A DNA stretch of 64,000 bases from an uncultured bacterium (GTDB lineage: Bacteria; SAR324; NAC60-12). The translations under genes and the position numbers were made by a program. Under the pieces are notes generated by a model. That model ran no database searches. It was given only the letters and a program-made list of their open reading frames with translations, and had not been told where the DNA came from. This document shows positions 1 to 9,718 of the stretch, one piece after another. The stretch covers positions 30,110 through 94,109 of the forward strand of contig CBFIGY010000011.1 of assembly GCA_965662235.1 (NCBI GenBank), read 5' to 3'. How positions within the stretch are numbered: position 1 is the first letter of the stretch; the number at the start of each line of letters is the position of its first letter.

Positions 1-1
1 A

Positions 2-310
2 CAGGGGCTAGACGGACACGGGCTTTACTACTACGTCCCCGGGCTCCTCAAACACTTTTCCGCGTTGGAACTCAACCACTTGGTCTGTCCGCGTCCTCGC
101 CTCAGCGTTGTTGGACGGCATGACCCCTTGACGCCGATTGCCGGAGTGCAGTTGATTGATTCTGTATTGACTGAATCATATCGGCAGAGTGGAGCCCAGG
201 GCCACTGGACCCTGCGCGTGAACGAAACCGGTCATTTCGAAACGGAGGCCTCGCATCAGCAGGTGCGGGACTTCCTGAGTGCTCTCAATTCCCCCTCGCT
301 CACCTCCTGA
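2..310 (+). CDS. Alpha/beta hydrolase (dienelactone hydrolase-like), C-terminal part; 5' end outside the window
   Basis: Frame is open from base 2 (QGLDGHGLYYYVPGLLKHFS...LVCPRP...GRHDPLTP...TGHFET), with the acid (GxxD) and His positions typical of this fold. Confidence 0.65.
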   Translation, partial: QGLDGHGLYYYVPGLLKHFSALELNHLVCPRPRLSVVGRHDPLTPIAGVQLIDSVLTESYRQSGAQGHWTLRVNETGHFETEASHQQVRDFLSALNSPSLTS

Positions 311-435
311 TCCAGAAACTGCCTATGACTTGACCTTGCAGCAGGGACTCGTTTTGATCCCAAAGTCCCTCTCATTGAGAGTTCATTGACGACTGCCCTT
401 GAGGCAGGACTAGAATCACCTTACTTGGAGAAACC

Positions 436-1713
436 ATGAAAATGTTTGCCAAACAGATGGTCCGGGCGCTGCTGTCAGCCGGCCTGATTGCCAGCATGAG
501 CCTTGCGGCTCAGGCCGTGGAACTGAGCTTCATGCTCAACTCGGATGGAAAAGAAGTCGAGGTCCTGCAGGACTTCATTGACCGCTACGAGCAGGCGAAT
601 CCGGGTGTGACCGTGAAGATGAACGTGGTGGGCTACAACGTCATCCGCGAGCAACTGGAGTCTCAGCTGCAGGCCGGTGGCGGACCCGACATCGGGAAAG
701 TGACCAACCTCGGTGGCCTGAATCCATACTACCTTGACCTGACGCCGTACGTGAACGCGTCGGAGTGGGAATCCATGTATGGCGCCGTCCTGCCGTGGTA
801 CCGCGCGGGCAAGCCCGGAGGCATCTATGGCTTCCATTCGGAAATGACCGTGACGGGCCCTTACGTCAACGTCACCATGTTTGAAGAGGCCGGAGTCGAC
901 CTCCCGGGTCCCGGGGCCACGTGGGACGACTGGGCCACCGCGACCCAGCAGGTGATGGAAGGCACCGGTTCTTATGCCGCCATGGTCATGGACCGCTCCG
1001 GTCACCGCATGGCGGGTCCGGCAATGTCTTACGGCGCCAAGTACTTTGACGCCCAGGGCAACCTGATCATTGACGAAGGCTTCCGCAACTTCGCTGAGCG
1101 CATGGTGAAGTGGCACCAAGATGGACTGATGCCTCCGGACATCTGGCCGGCGGTTTCAGGTTCCAAGTACGCCAACGGCAACGAGATGTTCTTCAACCAG
1201 GATGTCCCGTTCTACATGTCTGGCTCCTGGAACGTGGCCAACGTTTCCAAGAACGTTGGGGACAAGTTTGACTGGCGAGTGGTTCCGGTGCCGTGTGGTC
1301 CGTCCGGTTGTGGCATCATGCCCGGAGGCGCTGGTTTTGTGGCCTTCAACACGAGCAAGCACCCGGCAGAAGCTGCCAAGTTTGTTGCGTGGATGGGAGA
1401 GTACAAGCAGGCGAAGGAGTACTACAGCCGCATCTACGCCATTCCAGCCAATGCCCGGGTTCAGGAAGAAGGCATTGACTACTCTCAGTATGGCGCTTCG
1501 GCGTCCATTTCTGCGGGGCTGAACGTCTTTGCTTCCAGTGCCGCGCAAGCTGCCAAGCAGACGCCTCAGGCATACACCCTTCAGGGGAATCCCTTCAACT
1601 TTGTCATCTTCAACGCCACCACGCAGTACCTGGCGGCCGTCATGAACGGTGAGTTGACGATGAACGAGGCCATGGACAAGATCCGTCAAGAGATTGCGGA
1701 CAAGGCCAAGTAA
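436..1713 (+). CDS. Carbohydrate ABC transporter substrate-binding protein
   Basis: Signal peptide, CUT1 SBP features (GGGPDI, ATWDDW, MSGSW), GGAG RBS, upstream of permeases. Confidence 0.93.
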   Translation: MKMFAKQMVRALLSAGLIASMSLAAQAVELSFMLNSDGKEVEVLQDFIDRYEQANPGVTVKMNVVGYNVIREQLESQLQAGGGPDIGKVTNLGGLNPYYLDLTPYVNASEWESMYGAVLPWYRAGKPGGIYGFHSEMTVTGPYVNVTMFEEAGVDLPGPGATWDDWATATQQVMEGTGSYAAMVMDRSGHRMAGPAMSYGAKYFDAQGNLIIDEGFRNFAERMVKWHQDGLMPPDIWPAVSGSKYANGNEMFFNQDVPFYMSGSWNVANVSKNVGDKFDWRVVPVPCGPSGCGIMPGGAGFVAFNTSKHPAEAAKFVAWMGEYKQAKEYYSRIYAIPANARVQEEGIDYSQYGASASISAGLNVFASSAAQAAKQTPQAYTLQGNPFNFVIFNATTQYLAAVMNGELTMNEAMDKIRQEIADKAK

Positions 1714-1763
1714 GCCTGCTTTCAACCGAGGCCAGTGCGCTGGCCTCTCTCCCCCACAAAAAC

Positions 1764-3197
1764 ATGTCACCGTCTGCCTGGATCATCTCGATCGTTGGGG
1801 TGCTGTGGATTGGAGGCGGCTCGCTGTGGCTGCTCACCAAACAGCGCTACCGGATTGACCAGATTCCTCACTTCTTCATCGACCTCCTTGGGGTCCCGGT
1901 TGAATGGGCCCAGAGCATTTGGGGGCGCAAGGGGGTTCCGTACGCCTTTTTGCTCCCGAACATGGTCATCTTTGGGATGTTCACCTTCATCCCGGTTCTG
2001 CTGAACTTTTACGTCTCCTTCACAAGTGGAGACTCCATTTCGATTTTTGAACGGCCCTTTGTCGGCTGGGAGAACTACAACCAGATCTTCGACTGCGACA
2101 CCATTTTGGAGCCGAAGACCTGTCCAAACGCCGGCTACAACTTCTGGCAGAGCCTGTTCAACACCCTGCTCTTCATTGTCTTTCAGGTTCCCATCCTCTG
2201 TGGAATGGCGCTGCTGACGGCACTGGTGGTCAACAAGGCCATGTCGGGCCGAGGCTTCTGGCGGGCGATGTTCTTCTACCCGGTGATGCTCTCTCCGGTG
2301 GTGATTGCCAACATCTGGCAGTGGATCCTGCACCGGAAGGGGGCACTGAATGCGACCCTTGCCAGCGGCAACCAGACGGTCAATGAACTGGCGGGGATGG
2401 CGGGATTTGACATCACGGTCACGGTCTTGGTGGGCATCCTCATGCTGCTTTCCATGGAGCGGGCGCTTCGCAGTGACGTCATGCCGTCGATCCCCTGGAC
2501 CTCTCTCTTCGCACTTCTCTTTCTGGCAGTGGTGTCCTGGTCCAACCCAGCGGGCATGCTGGGAGCCACATCGGTCCCGCTCAACACGCTGTTGGGGGTG
2601 CTGCTGGGAGGGGGCTTGGTGGTTCTGGCGTTACTGGATCACCCCAAGCTGTCTTGGGGATTTGTGGCCCTGGGCGCTGTGGCTGCAGGATTGCTGCTCA
2701 CCATTCAGTTTGACGCGGTCTTTGACCTAGGACGCTTCCGTCCCATCAACTGGCTGATCACCCCTCGCACCAGCTGGCCCTTCTTCTGGGTGGTTTTCGT
2801 CTACTGCTGGTCGCACATGGGGTACTACATGCTGATCCTCCTGGCAGGCCTGCAGGCCATTCCTCCGGATCTTTACGAGGCGGCAAAGATGGATGCCGCC
2901 AAGCCCACTCGGGTCTTCTGGCGCATCACGCTGCCGCTGCTGATGCCGACCTTCACGGTGGTGTTTGTGCTGTCGCTGATCAAGAGCTTCCAGATCTTTG
3001 ATGAAGTCTACCTGCTCACCGGAGGAGGCCCCGGACGGGAGACCTTCATGATTGTTCAGCACATCGTTGAGGTGGCGTTTTCAGATGATCAGGCGAATTT
3101 CGGAGAAGCGGCGGCCGCGTCCGTGTTGATGGCGCTGGTGATCGCTGTCTTTACGTTCTTCCAGCTCTACTTCACCCGCAAGCAATCGGGAGTGTAA
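1764..3197 (+). CDS. Carbohydrate ABC transporter permease (MalF-like) with an extra hydrophobic insertion
   Basis: EAA motif LYEAAKMDAA...FWRITLPLL; FVGWENY. Confidence 0.92.
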   Translation: MSPSAWIISIVGVLWIGGGSLWLLTKQRYRIDQIPHFFIDLLGVPVEWAQSIWGRKGVPYAFLLPNMVIFGMFTFIPVLLNFYVSFTSGDSISIFERPFVGWENYNQIFDCDTILEPKTCPNAGYNFWQSLFNTLLFIVFQVPILCGMALLTALVVNKAMSGRGFWRAMFFYPVMLSPVVIANIWQWILHRKGALNATLASGNQTVNELAGMAGFDITVTVLVGILMLLSMERALRSDVMPSIPWTSLFALLFLAVVSWSNPAGMLGATSVPLNTLLGVLLGGGLVVLALLDHPKLSWGFVALGAVAAGLLLTIQFDAVFDLGRFRPINWLITPRTSWPFFWVVFVYCWSHMGYYMLILLAGLQAIPPDLYEAAKMDAAKPTRVFWRITLPLLMPTFTVVFVLSLIKSFQIFDEVYLLTGGGPGRETFMIVQHIVEVAFSDDQANFGEAAAASVLMALVIAVFTFFQLYFTRKQSGV

Positions 3198-3199
3198 CC

Positions 3200-4279
3200 A
3201 TGTCTCAGGTCATCACCTTCCTCACCCGCACCCGTGGCGGCACGAATGGCCGACGCATCGGTCTCTCCGATGTGCTGGTGTACAGCTACCTTCTCTTTGG
3301 CGTGGCCCTGATCATCGTCCCTGTGCTGTGGGCCTTTGTCAGTTCGCTCAAGTCAAAGGAAGCCCTGGAGCGCTTTGACACCCGAATCCTGCCTTACAAT
3401 CAGGTGGAGCAGACGATTGAGGGCGTTGGGCCCAAAGCGGTGTACCTCTGGAATCAGCCCGATGGAACCCAGCAGGAGGTCTTCAAGACGGGACCAACCC
3501 GGCGCATGACGCCGGTGGCGCCGGTGGACAACCCCTCTGCAGAGGTGGAGGCTCCCCGAAAGGAGCTTGCTCCCAAGGAGGAACTCAAGGTTGCCACAGA
3601 GAACTACCTCAATCCGCTGCTTCAGCAGGAGGGGCAGCAGAACTTCTTCTTCTTCCGTTACCTGTCCAACACCGTTTTCGTCACAGTTGTGGCGACGCTG
3701 ATCACGTTGCTGATCAATGCCATGGCGGCCTACGCCCTTTCCAAGTACCGCTTCAAGGGCCGGATGGCGTTCACGGTGCTGATCATTTCCACACTGCTGA
3801 TTCCGGCAACGATCATCCTTGTGTCCCTCTTCTTTGTCGTGTGGATGCTGGGCATCTTCGGATCCCTCTGGGGCGTGATCATTCCGGCGGCGGCGACCCC
3901 CACGGGCGTGTTCCTGCTCCGGCAGTACATGTTGACCATTCCGGATGAGCTGATTGAAGCTGCCCGCATGGATGCTGCCTCGGAGTGGAAGATCTTCTGG
4001 CGCATCATCCTCCCGCTGTCGCTTCCGGCGCTGGCGGTGCTGGCCATTCTTTCCGTCATCTGGCGGTGGAATGACTTCCTCTGGCCCCTGATTGTCCTTA
4101 TTTCGGATCCGGAGCAGCACACCCTGCAGATTGGACTGACCGCCTTCACCGGACAGTACAACACGGACTATCACTACATCCTCGCCATGACTGTGGTGTC
4201 GCTGCTGCCAGTGACTGCAGTCTTTGCCTACATGCAACGGTTCATCACAACCGGAATCGCCTCAACAGGTTTGAAATGA
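3200..4279 (+). CDS. Carbohydrate ABC transporter permease (MalG-like)
   Basis: IPDELIEAARMDAASEWKIFWRIILPLS; WNDFLWPLI. Confidence 0.93.
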   Translation: MSQVITFLTRTRGGTNGRRIGLSDVLVYSYLLFGVALIIVPVLWAFVSSLKSKEALERFDTRILPYNQVEQTIEGVGPKAVYLWNQPDGTQQEVFKTGPTRRMTPVAPVDNPSAEVEAPRKELAPKEELKVATENYLNPLLQQEGQQNFFFFRYLSNTVFVTVVATLITLLINAMAAYALSKYRFKGRMAFTVLIISTLLIPATIILVSLFFVVWMLGIFGSLWGVIIPAAATPTGVFLLRQYMLTIPDELIEAARMDAASEWKIFWRIILPLSLPALAVLAILSVIWRWNDFLWPLIVLISDPEQHTLQIGLTAFTGQYNTDYHYILAMTVVSLLPVTAVFAYMQRFITTGIASTGLK

Positions 4280-5385
4280 CATCCTCCAAAGCTCTGGAAC
4301 TCCGAGACATCCGCAAAGCCTTCGGTCCCGTAGAGGTCATCCATGGCGTGGACCTCGCCATTGAAGAAGGGGAGTTCATCGTCTTCGTCGGCCCCTCCGG
4401 CTGCGGGAAGTCCACCCTCTTGAGGCTCATTGCAGGGCTGGAGGATCCGACCTCCGGTGATCTGCTGCTGGATGACCGTCGTGTGAATGACGTCCCTGCG
4501 TCTGAGCGGGGGCTGGCGATGGTCTTTCAGTCCTATGCGCTTTATCCGCACATGAGCGTGTTCAAGAACCTCTCGTTCGGACTGGAGAACCTGCGGGTGG
4601 ACAAGGCTGAGATTGAACAGCGGGTGCAGCATGCCTCAAAGATGCTGCAGATCGACCAGCTGCTCGAGCGACGTCCCGGGCAGCTCTCGGGGGGGCAGCG
4701 CCAGCGGGTGGCAATTGGTCGTGCCATTGTCCGGCAGCCCCGAATCTTTCTCTTTGATGAGCCGCTTTCGAACCTGGACGCTGAGCTGCGGGTGCAGATG
4801 CGGGTGGAGATTTCGAGCCTCCACGACCGGTTGGGCAATACCATGATTTACGTGACCCACGACCAGGTGGAGGCGATGACCATGGCCGACCGCATTGTGG
4901 TGTTGAACAAGGGCGGGATTGAGCAGGTCGGGGCTCCTCTGGAGCTGTACAACCACCCTGTCAACAAGTTTGTGGCCGGCTTCATTGGCTCGCCCCGCAT
5001 CAACTTCCTAGCGGGCATGGGACAGAGTCAGGACGCTGGAGTTTCGGTGAAGCTAGACTGCGGGCCGCAGCTCACACTCCCGGGGACTGCTGAGACGTCC
5101 TTCAACGAGGCCGTCAGCCTTGGGGTCCGTCCGGAGGCTGTGCACGTTCGGTTAGACGGCAGCGGGGAGATTCAAGGCACGGTTCGGAATTTCGAGCAGC
5201 TGGGCTCCATTACCTACCTGTACGTCGAGCTGCCGAACCAGGAAATGCTGACCGTGCACCTTTCCAGCCAGCTCAAGGTGCAGCGTGGGCAGTCCGTTGG
5301 GGTGCACTTTGAACCCTCTGAGTGCCACCTCTTCCGGGAAACAGATGGCGCCACGCTGGTGACCGCAACCCAAACCAGCAACTGA
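4276..5385 (+). CDS. Sugar ABC transporter ATP-binding protein (MalK/UgpC type)
   Basis: Walker A GPSGCGKS, LSGGQRQRVA, Walker B FLFDEP, YVTHDQ, C-terminal TOBE-like region. Confidence 0.96.
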   Translation: MTSSKALELRDIRKAFGPVEVIHGVDLAIEEGEFIVFVGPSGCGKSTLLRLIAGLEDPTSGDLLLDDRRVNDVPASERGLAMVFQSYALYPHMSVFKNLSFGLENLRVDKAEIEQRVQHASKMLQIDQLLERRPGQLSGGQRQRVAIGRAIVRQPRIFLFDEPLSNLDAELRVQMRVEISSLHDRLGNTMIYVTHDQVEAMTMADRIVVLNKGGIEQVGAPLELYNHPVNKFVAGFIGSPRINFLAGMGQSQDAGVSVKLDCGPQLTLPGTAETSFNEAVSLGVRPEAVHVRLDGSGEIQGTVRNFEQLGSITYLYVELPNQEMLTVHLSSQLKVQRGQSVGVHFEPSECHLFRETDGATLVTATQTSN

Positions 5386-5396
5386 ACAGAGGCCCG

Positions 5397-6677
5397 ATGA
5401 CCTACGGCGTCTCCGTCCGAGACTTTGGGGCTAAAGGGGATGGCCTCAGCGATGACCAAGAGGCACTGCAGCGGGCGCTCAATTCAGGGGCGCCACGGGT
5501 GGTGGTGCCGCTGGGACAGTACCGGCTGGGCCGCACCCTGCGCATTGGCTCCGGAACCCGGCTGCAGGTGCACCCGCATGCGGTGTTACGCCTAGCAGAG
5601 GGGGCTGGAACCGACCAGAGCATCCACCTGATCAGCAACCAGCATCCGGAGACGGGAGACACAGAGGTGGCCATCGAAGGAGGCATTTGGGATGGGAACA
5701 ACCCGACCAACCCTCGAGGTCCCGATGCACCCGGAAGCTACACGGGCGTCGCGTTGCAGTTTCACAACGTCCGGGGCCTGGAACTGCGGAACCTGACCAT
5801 TCAGGATCCGGAGTCCTACCACATCCGCCTGAGCCGGGTCCGTCACTTTCGGGTGGAAGGCATCCGCTTTGAAACCCGCCACTTCCGTCCCAACCAAGAC
5901 GGCGTCCACCTCGGAGGCTTCTGCGAAGACGGCGTCATCCGTGACATCCGAGCCCTCACCGACGGGGCCCCAAATGACGATGTCGTGGCGCTCAATGCCG
6001 ATGATGCAAACGGTCGTGCCCAGAACCTGGGACGCGTCAACGGCCCCATCCGCCGACTCCGCATTGACACCCTGGAAGCGACCAACTGCTTCACCTTCCT
6101 TCGCCTCGCCAGCGTCTGGTCTCGGATTGAGGACATTGACGTCCGGCACATCCGAGGAGGATGCCGCAACTACTTGGTCAACTGTGACGCGCTCCGCTAC
6201 TGCCGCACCCCGCTCTTTGAAGCTGACCATCCGGAAGCCCAAGAGGGCGTCGGTTGGCTCCGGAACATTGCGTTGCGGGACATCGAGGTGCACAAAACCG
6301 AGGAGCATTCGCTGGATCCGCTGCTGATGCTGGAGACCCGAATGGAGAACTGGCTGGTGGAGGACTTCCGACGCAACCTGGATCAAGATGAGTACCCGGA
6401 AGCGCCCACGATTCGCCTTCAGCACGTCCTCAGTCCAGAGGTGGTGCTGGACGGGGTTCCGGAAGCTGATGCCACCGTCTTGGGCCGTGCGCTGCCTCCG
6501 GGATGGCAGCAACAGGCGCTGCCGGCTTACCGGGCGGGGGCCCCGGAGTTCCGCTTTCAGGGACCGGTGGGCACTCAGGCGCCGCTTCTTTATTTTGGGT
6601 CTCGCTTTCGGCGCCTGCAGGTACTAAACTCCGTGAAAACCTCTTGGCCCTGCCTGGAGGAATCCGAATCCGTTTGA
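5397..6677 (+). CDS. Right-handed beta-helix glycoside hydrolase (Pectate_lyase_3/GH28-like)
   Basis: N-terminal SVRDFGAKGDGLSDD; GH28-like NQDG and NDDVVAL motifs; ATG at 5397. Confidence 0.75.
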   Translation: MTYGVSVRDFGAKGDGLSDDQEALQRALNSGAPRVVVPLGQYRLGRTLRIGSGTRLQVHPHAVLRLAEGAGTDQSIHLISNQHPETGDTEVAIEGGIWDGNNPTNPRGPDAPGSYTGVALQFHNVRGLELRNLTIQDPESYHIRLSRVRHFRVEGIRFETRHFRPNQDGVHLGGFCEDGVIRDIRALTDGAPNDDVVALNADDANGRAQNLGRVNGPIRRLRIDTLEATNCFTFLRLASVWSRIEDIDVRHIRGGCRNYLVNCDALRYCRTPLFEADHPEAQEGVGWLRNIALRDIEVHKTEEHSLDPLLMLETRMENWLVEDFRRNLDQDEYPEAPTIRLQHVLSPEVVLDGVPEADATVLGRALPPGWQQQALPAYRAGAPEFRFQGPVGTQAPLLYFGSRFRRLQVLNSVKTSWPCLEESESV

Positions 6678-6704
6678 CGCAACCTCCCTCTGCCAGACCT
6701 TTGT

Positions 6705-7475
6705 ATGGTTGACCTTGACTCCGCCCTCACTCAGTTTGACGCCGACGGCTACCTCATTTTTCCAAGGTTCTTTGACCCGGCTGACATTCAGGGGCTTCAG
6801 GAACGCATTGATGCAATCATGCTCGGCACCGCCCCTGTGGACTATGATCAGATCTGGATGCAACTGGACACCGACTCAGGAAAGTACGAGGACCTCCAAT
6901 GGGGCGGCAATGGCTTCCGGGGCGCTTCCCTCGACTACCGGAAGATTCAGGGGTTGGAGACCGATGAGCGCTTCCACGCCTTCATCACGGCGCCGTTTTT
7001 TGTGGAACTCTGCCGACGTGTTTATGGGCCAGAGCTTCCCATTGCCGCCTACCGGACCATGTTCATGAACAAGGCTGCCGGCAAGGGCACTTGGCTTCCA
7101 TGGCATCAGGACCGCTGGACGCACTTGGACCAGGATCCCCTCCTCACGGTCTGGATCCCCCTCGATGCGGCCACTCAGGCCAACGGATGCGTGCAGATCA
7201 TCAAAGGGTCGCACCGCAAAGGGTTGCTGAATCCAGATCACCCCTCAGGTTACCTCACGGAGGCGCAGACCGCAGAGCACGTGCGTCCGGAGGACATTGT
7301 TTACCTCACCGTTGAGCCCGGGGACCTTGTGGTTTTGCACAACCTGCTGCTGCACGCTTCAGACGTCAACCGGACGTCTCATCCGCGCCGCGCCCTGAGC
7401 GTGTGCTACATGAACGGGCAGACCCGGAACCTAGACGCTCCTCAAACGCCGTACCCTTCCCTCTTCACCACCTGA
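6705..7475 (+). CDS. Phytanoyl-CoA dioxygenase (PhyH) family Fe(II)/2OG oxygenase
   Basis: WHQD, VWIPLD...NGCV...GSH, LLHAS..N.....RRA. Confidence 0.9.
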   Translation: MVDLDSALTQFDADGYLIFPRFFDPADIQGLQERIDAIMLGTAPVDYDQIWMQLDTDSGKYEDLQWGGNGFRGASLDYRKIQGLETDERFHAFITAPFFVELCRRVYGPELPIAAYRTMFMNKAAGKGTWLPWHQDRWTHLDQDPLLTVWIPLDAATQANGCVQIIKGSHRKGLLNPDHPSGYLTEAQTAEHVRPEDIVYLTVEPGDLVVLHNLLLHASDVNRTSHPRRALSVCYMNGQTRNLDAPQTPYPSLFTT

Positions 7476-7477
7476 GC

Positions 7478-8533
7478 ATGCTCCACGTGGCGCTTCTGGG
7501 GTGTGGGGTCATTGGAACTCTGCACTTCCAGATCCTTCAGCAGCATCCGGAGGTTCACTTGCATCTCTGTGACGTCGATCGCCGTCAAGCGGAGCGGTTG
7601 CAGCCAAAGGCTCCGGTGTGGGATAACCCGGAGCGCCTGCTTGAGGAGGTGCCGCTGGACCTCGTGAGCATCTGCACGCCTCATCCCTCTCATCCGGACC
7701 TGATTCACGCCTGCCTGGCTCACGGCATTCCGGTGGTTTGTGAGAAGCCCCTTTGCACCTCGGTTCCGGACCTGCAGCGCCTGCGAGCGCTGGCGGAAAC
7801 CTCTGCCAACCATCAGGTTACCGGCATCTTTCAGCACCGCTATGCACCGGCTGCGCTCCTCCTGAAGCGTCTTCTGGAGGAAGGCGCCTTTGGCACCTTG
7901 GAAGTCACCCGGGCTCGATTCCGGTGTGACCGAGGACCCGACTACTATGCCAGCGCTCCGTGGCGAGGCACCCGAATGGGAGAAGGAGGAGGCGTGGTCC
8001 TCAATCAGGGCATCCACACCCTCGACCTCTGGCAGTGGTGGCTGGGAGGGATTGCTGCCGTTTCTGGCGCCACCCCGACGCTGGTGGGAAAGGCGTTTCT
8101 TGAAGTGGAAGACACGCTGCAGGGGCACGACTCTGAGTGGGCGTGGGTTCAGTTTGCTTCCGGGCTGGAAGGAGCGGTGCAGATGCTCAACCGCCCCGGG
8201 TTGCCGTGGGATCCGCAGCTGGAAATTCACGGCACCCGCGGGTCCTTCTGCTACACCACCAATGACAACGGACGCTTCCTCTCCCTGAGCCACGAGGATC
8301 CGGAGGTGCTTGCGGCGCTGCAAGCTGTCACTCAACCGGAACCGTCCACCAGGGCCAAACCCGAATACAGCGACCTGCACCAGGTTCAACTGGCCGACGT
8401 CCTCACCCGTTTGCAGCAGGGCGCTCCTCCTCGGATTCCTCTGAGTGAGGCGCTCCCTGCCAACGAGGTGGTCCTGGCGTTTTACGAATCCTCCCGTCGG
8501 CAGACGACGGTTTCTCTTCCTCTTACTTTGTAG
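7478..8533 (+). CDS. Gfo/Idh/MocA oxidoreductase
   Basis: GCGVIG, CEKP, GGGVVLNQGIHTLD; ATG at 7478. Confidence 0.9.
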   Translation: MLHVALLGCGVIGTLHFQILQQHPEVHLHLCDVDRRQAERLQPKAPVWDNPERLLEEVPLDLVSICTPHPSHPDLIHACLAHGIPVVCEKPLCTSVPDLQRLRALAETSANHQVTGIFQHRYAPAALLLKRLLEEGAFGTLEVTRARFRCDRGPDYYASAPWRGTRMGEGGGVVLNQGIHTLDLWQWWLGGIAAVSGATPTLVGKAFLEVEDTLQGHDSEWAWVQFASGLEGAVQMLNRPGLPWDPQLEIHGTRGSFCYTTNDNGRFLSLSHEDPEVLAALQAVTQPEPSTRAKPEYSDLHQVQLADVLTRLQQGAPPRIPLSEALPANEVVLAFYESSRRQTTVSLPLTL

Positions 8534-8542
8534 CACCTGCTT

Positions 8543-9706
8543 ATGCGTCACCTGAAGCTTGGCCTCATTGGCCTGGGCAACATGGGCTCTCAGCACTACC
8601 AATCCATCCAGCAGGGGCACCTGCAACGGGTGGCCGTCACCGCTGTTTGCGATACCGACCCTGCACGGCTGGAAGGGCTGGATCCGCAGGTGCCGCGCTT
8701 TGCCTCCAGTGCGGACCTCATCCGCTCCGGAAAGGTGGACGCGGTGCTGATTGCCACCCCGCACTACGACCACACCACCATCGGCATTGATGCGCTGGAG
8801 CAGGGACTGCACCTGCTCGTGGAGAAACCGATCTCGGTCCACAAACGGGACTGCCTGAAGCTCCTGCAGGCCTATGAGCAGCGCCCGCGTTCCGAGCAGG
8901 TGTTTGGGGCCATGTTCAATCAACGGACGGACCCACGTTACCAGAAGCTCCGGACGCTCATTCAAGACGGCGAGTTGGGAACCCTGAGGCGCATGAACTG
9001 GATCATCACCGACTGGTTCCGGACCGACATCTACTACCGGAGCGGAGGCTGGCGAGCCACCTGGAAGGGAGAAGGCGGCGGCGTCCTCCTGAATCAGTGC
9101 CCGCATCAGCTGGACCTGCTCTGGTGGCTGTTTGGGCCTCCGGAGTCGGTCTGGGCGCAGTGCCGCTTCGGTCAGTGGCATGACATTGAGGTGGAAGACG
9201 ACGTGACCGCGTTGCTGACCTATGCCAACGGCGCGACCGGAACCTTCACAACGACCACGGGCGAAGCACCCGGCACCAACCGTCTGGAGATTGTTGGAGA
9301 GAAGGGCACCGTTGTGGCGGATGACGAGGGGCTCCGCTGGTTCCAGAACGCGACTCCGATTTCAGACTACTGCCAAAACTCGGACCAACCGTTTGGCAAA
9401 CCAGAGGTGACAGAGGTCTTTCTGCCGTTTGAAAGTCGGGGGGGCCAGCACCGGGAGGTGCTGCAAAACTTTGTGGATGCGGTGCTGGACGGAGCTTCCT
9501 TGCTGGCCCCTGCTGTTGAAGGCATCCACAGTGTGGAACTGGCCAACGCGATGCTGCTTTCCACCTTCGAGGGGGCAGCGGTCCCGTTTCCGTTGGACGC
9601 GGAACAGTACTGGAAGCACCTAGAGGCTCGCATTGCGACCAGCTCCTTCCGTCAAGACACCGTTTCGGTGACCGTGGACGCCGCGGCGATGAGCAACTCC
9701 TACTGA
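8543..9706 (+). CDS. Gfo/Idh/MocA oxidoreductase
   Basis: GLGNMG, VEKP, GGGVLLNQCPHQLD. Confidence 0.92.
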   Translation: MRHLKLGLIGLGNMGSQHYQSIQQGHLQRVAVTAVCDTDPARLEGLDPQVPRFASSADLIRSGKVDAVLIATPHYDHTTIGIDALEQGLHLLVEKPISVHKRDCLKLLQAYEQRPRSEQVFGAMFNQRTDPRYQKLRTLIQDGELGTLRRMNWIITDWFRTDIYYRSGGWRATWKGEGGGVLLNQCPHQLDLLWWLFGPPESVWAQCRFGQWHDIEVEDDVTALLTYANGATGTFTTTTGEAPGTNRLEIVGEKGTVVADDEGLRWFQNATPISDYCQNSDQPFGKPEVTEVFLPFESRGGQHREVLQNFVDAVLDGASLLAPAVEGIHSVELANAMLLSTFEGAAVPFPLDAEQYWKHLEARIATSSFRQDTVSVTVDAAAMSNSY

Positions 9707-9718
9707 AAGAGGTCTTCC

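Noticed and set aside
7442..9181. Long antisense ORFs (this 579-aa ORF, also 9620-10978, 11035-12279, 42442-43518 and others)
   Set aside because: Shadows of GC-rich sense genes; no motifs
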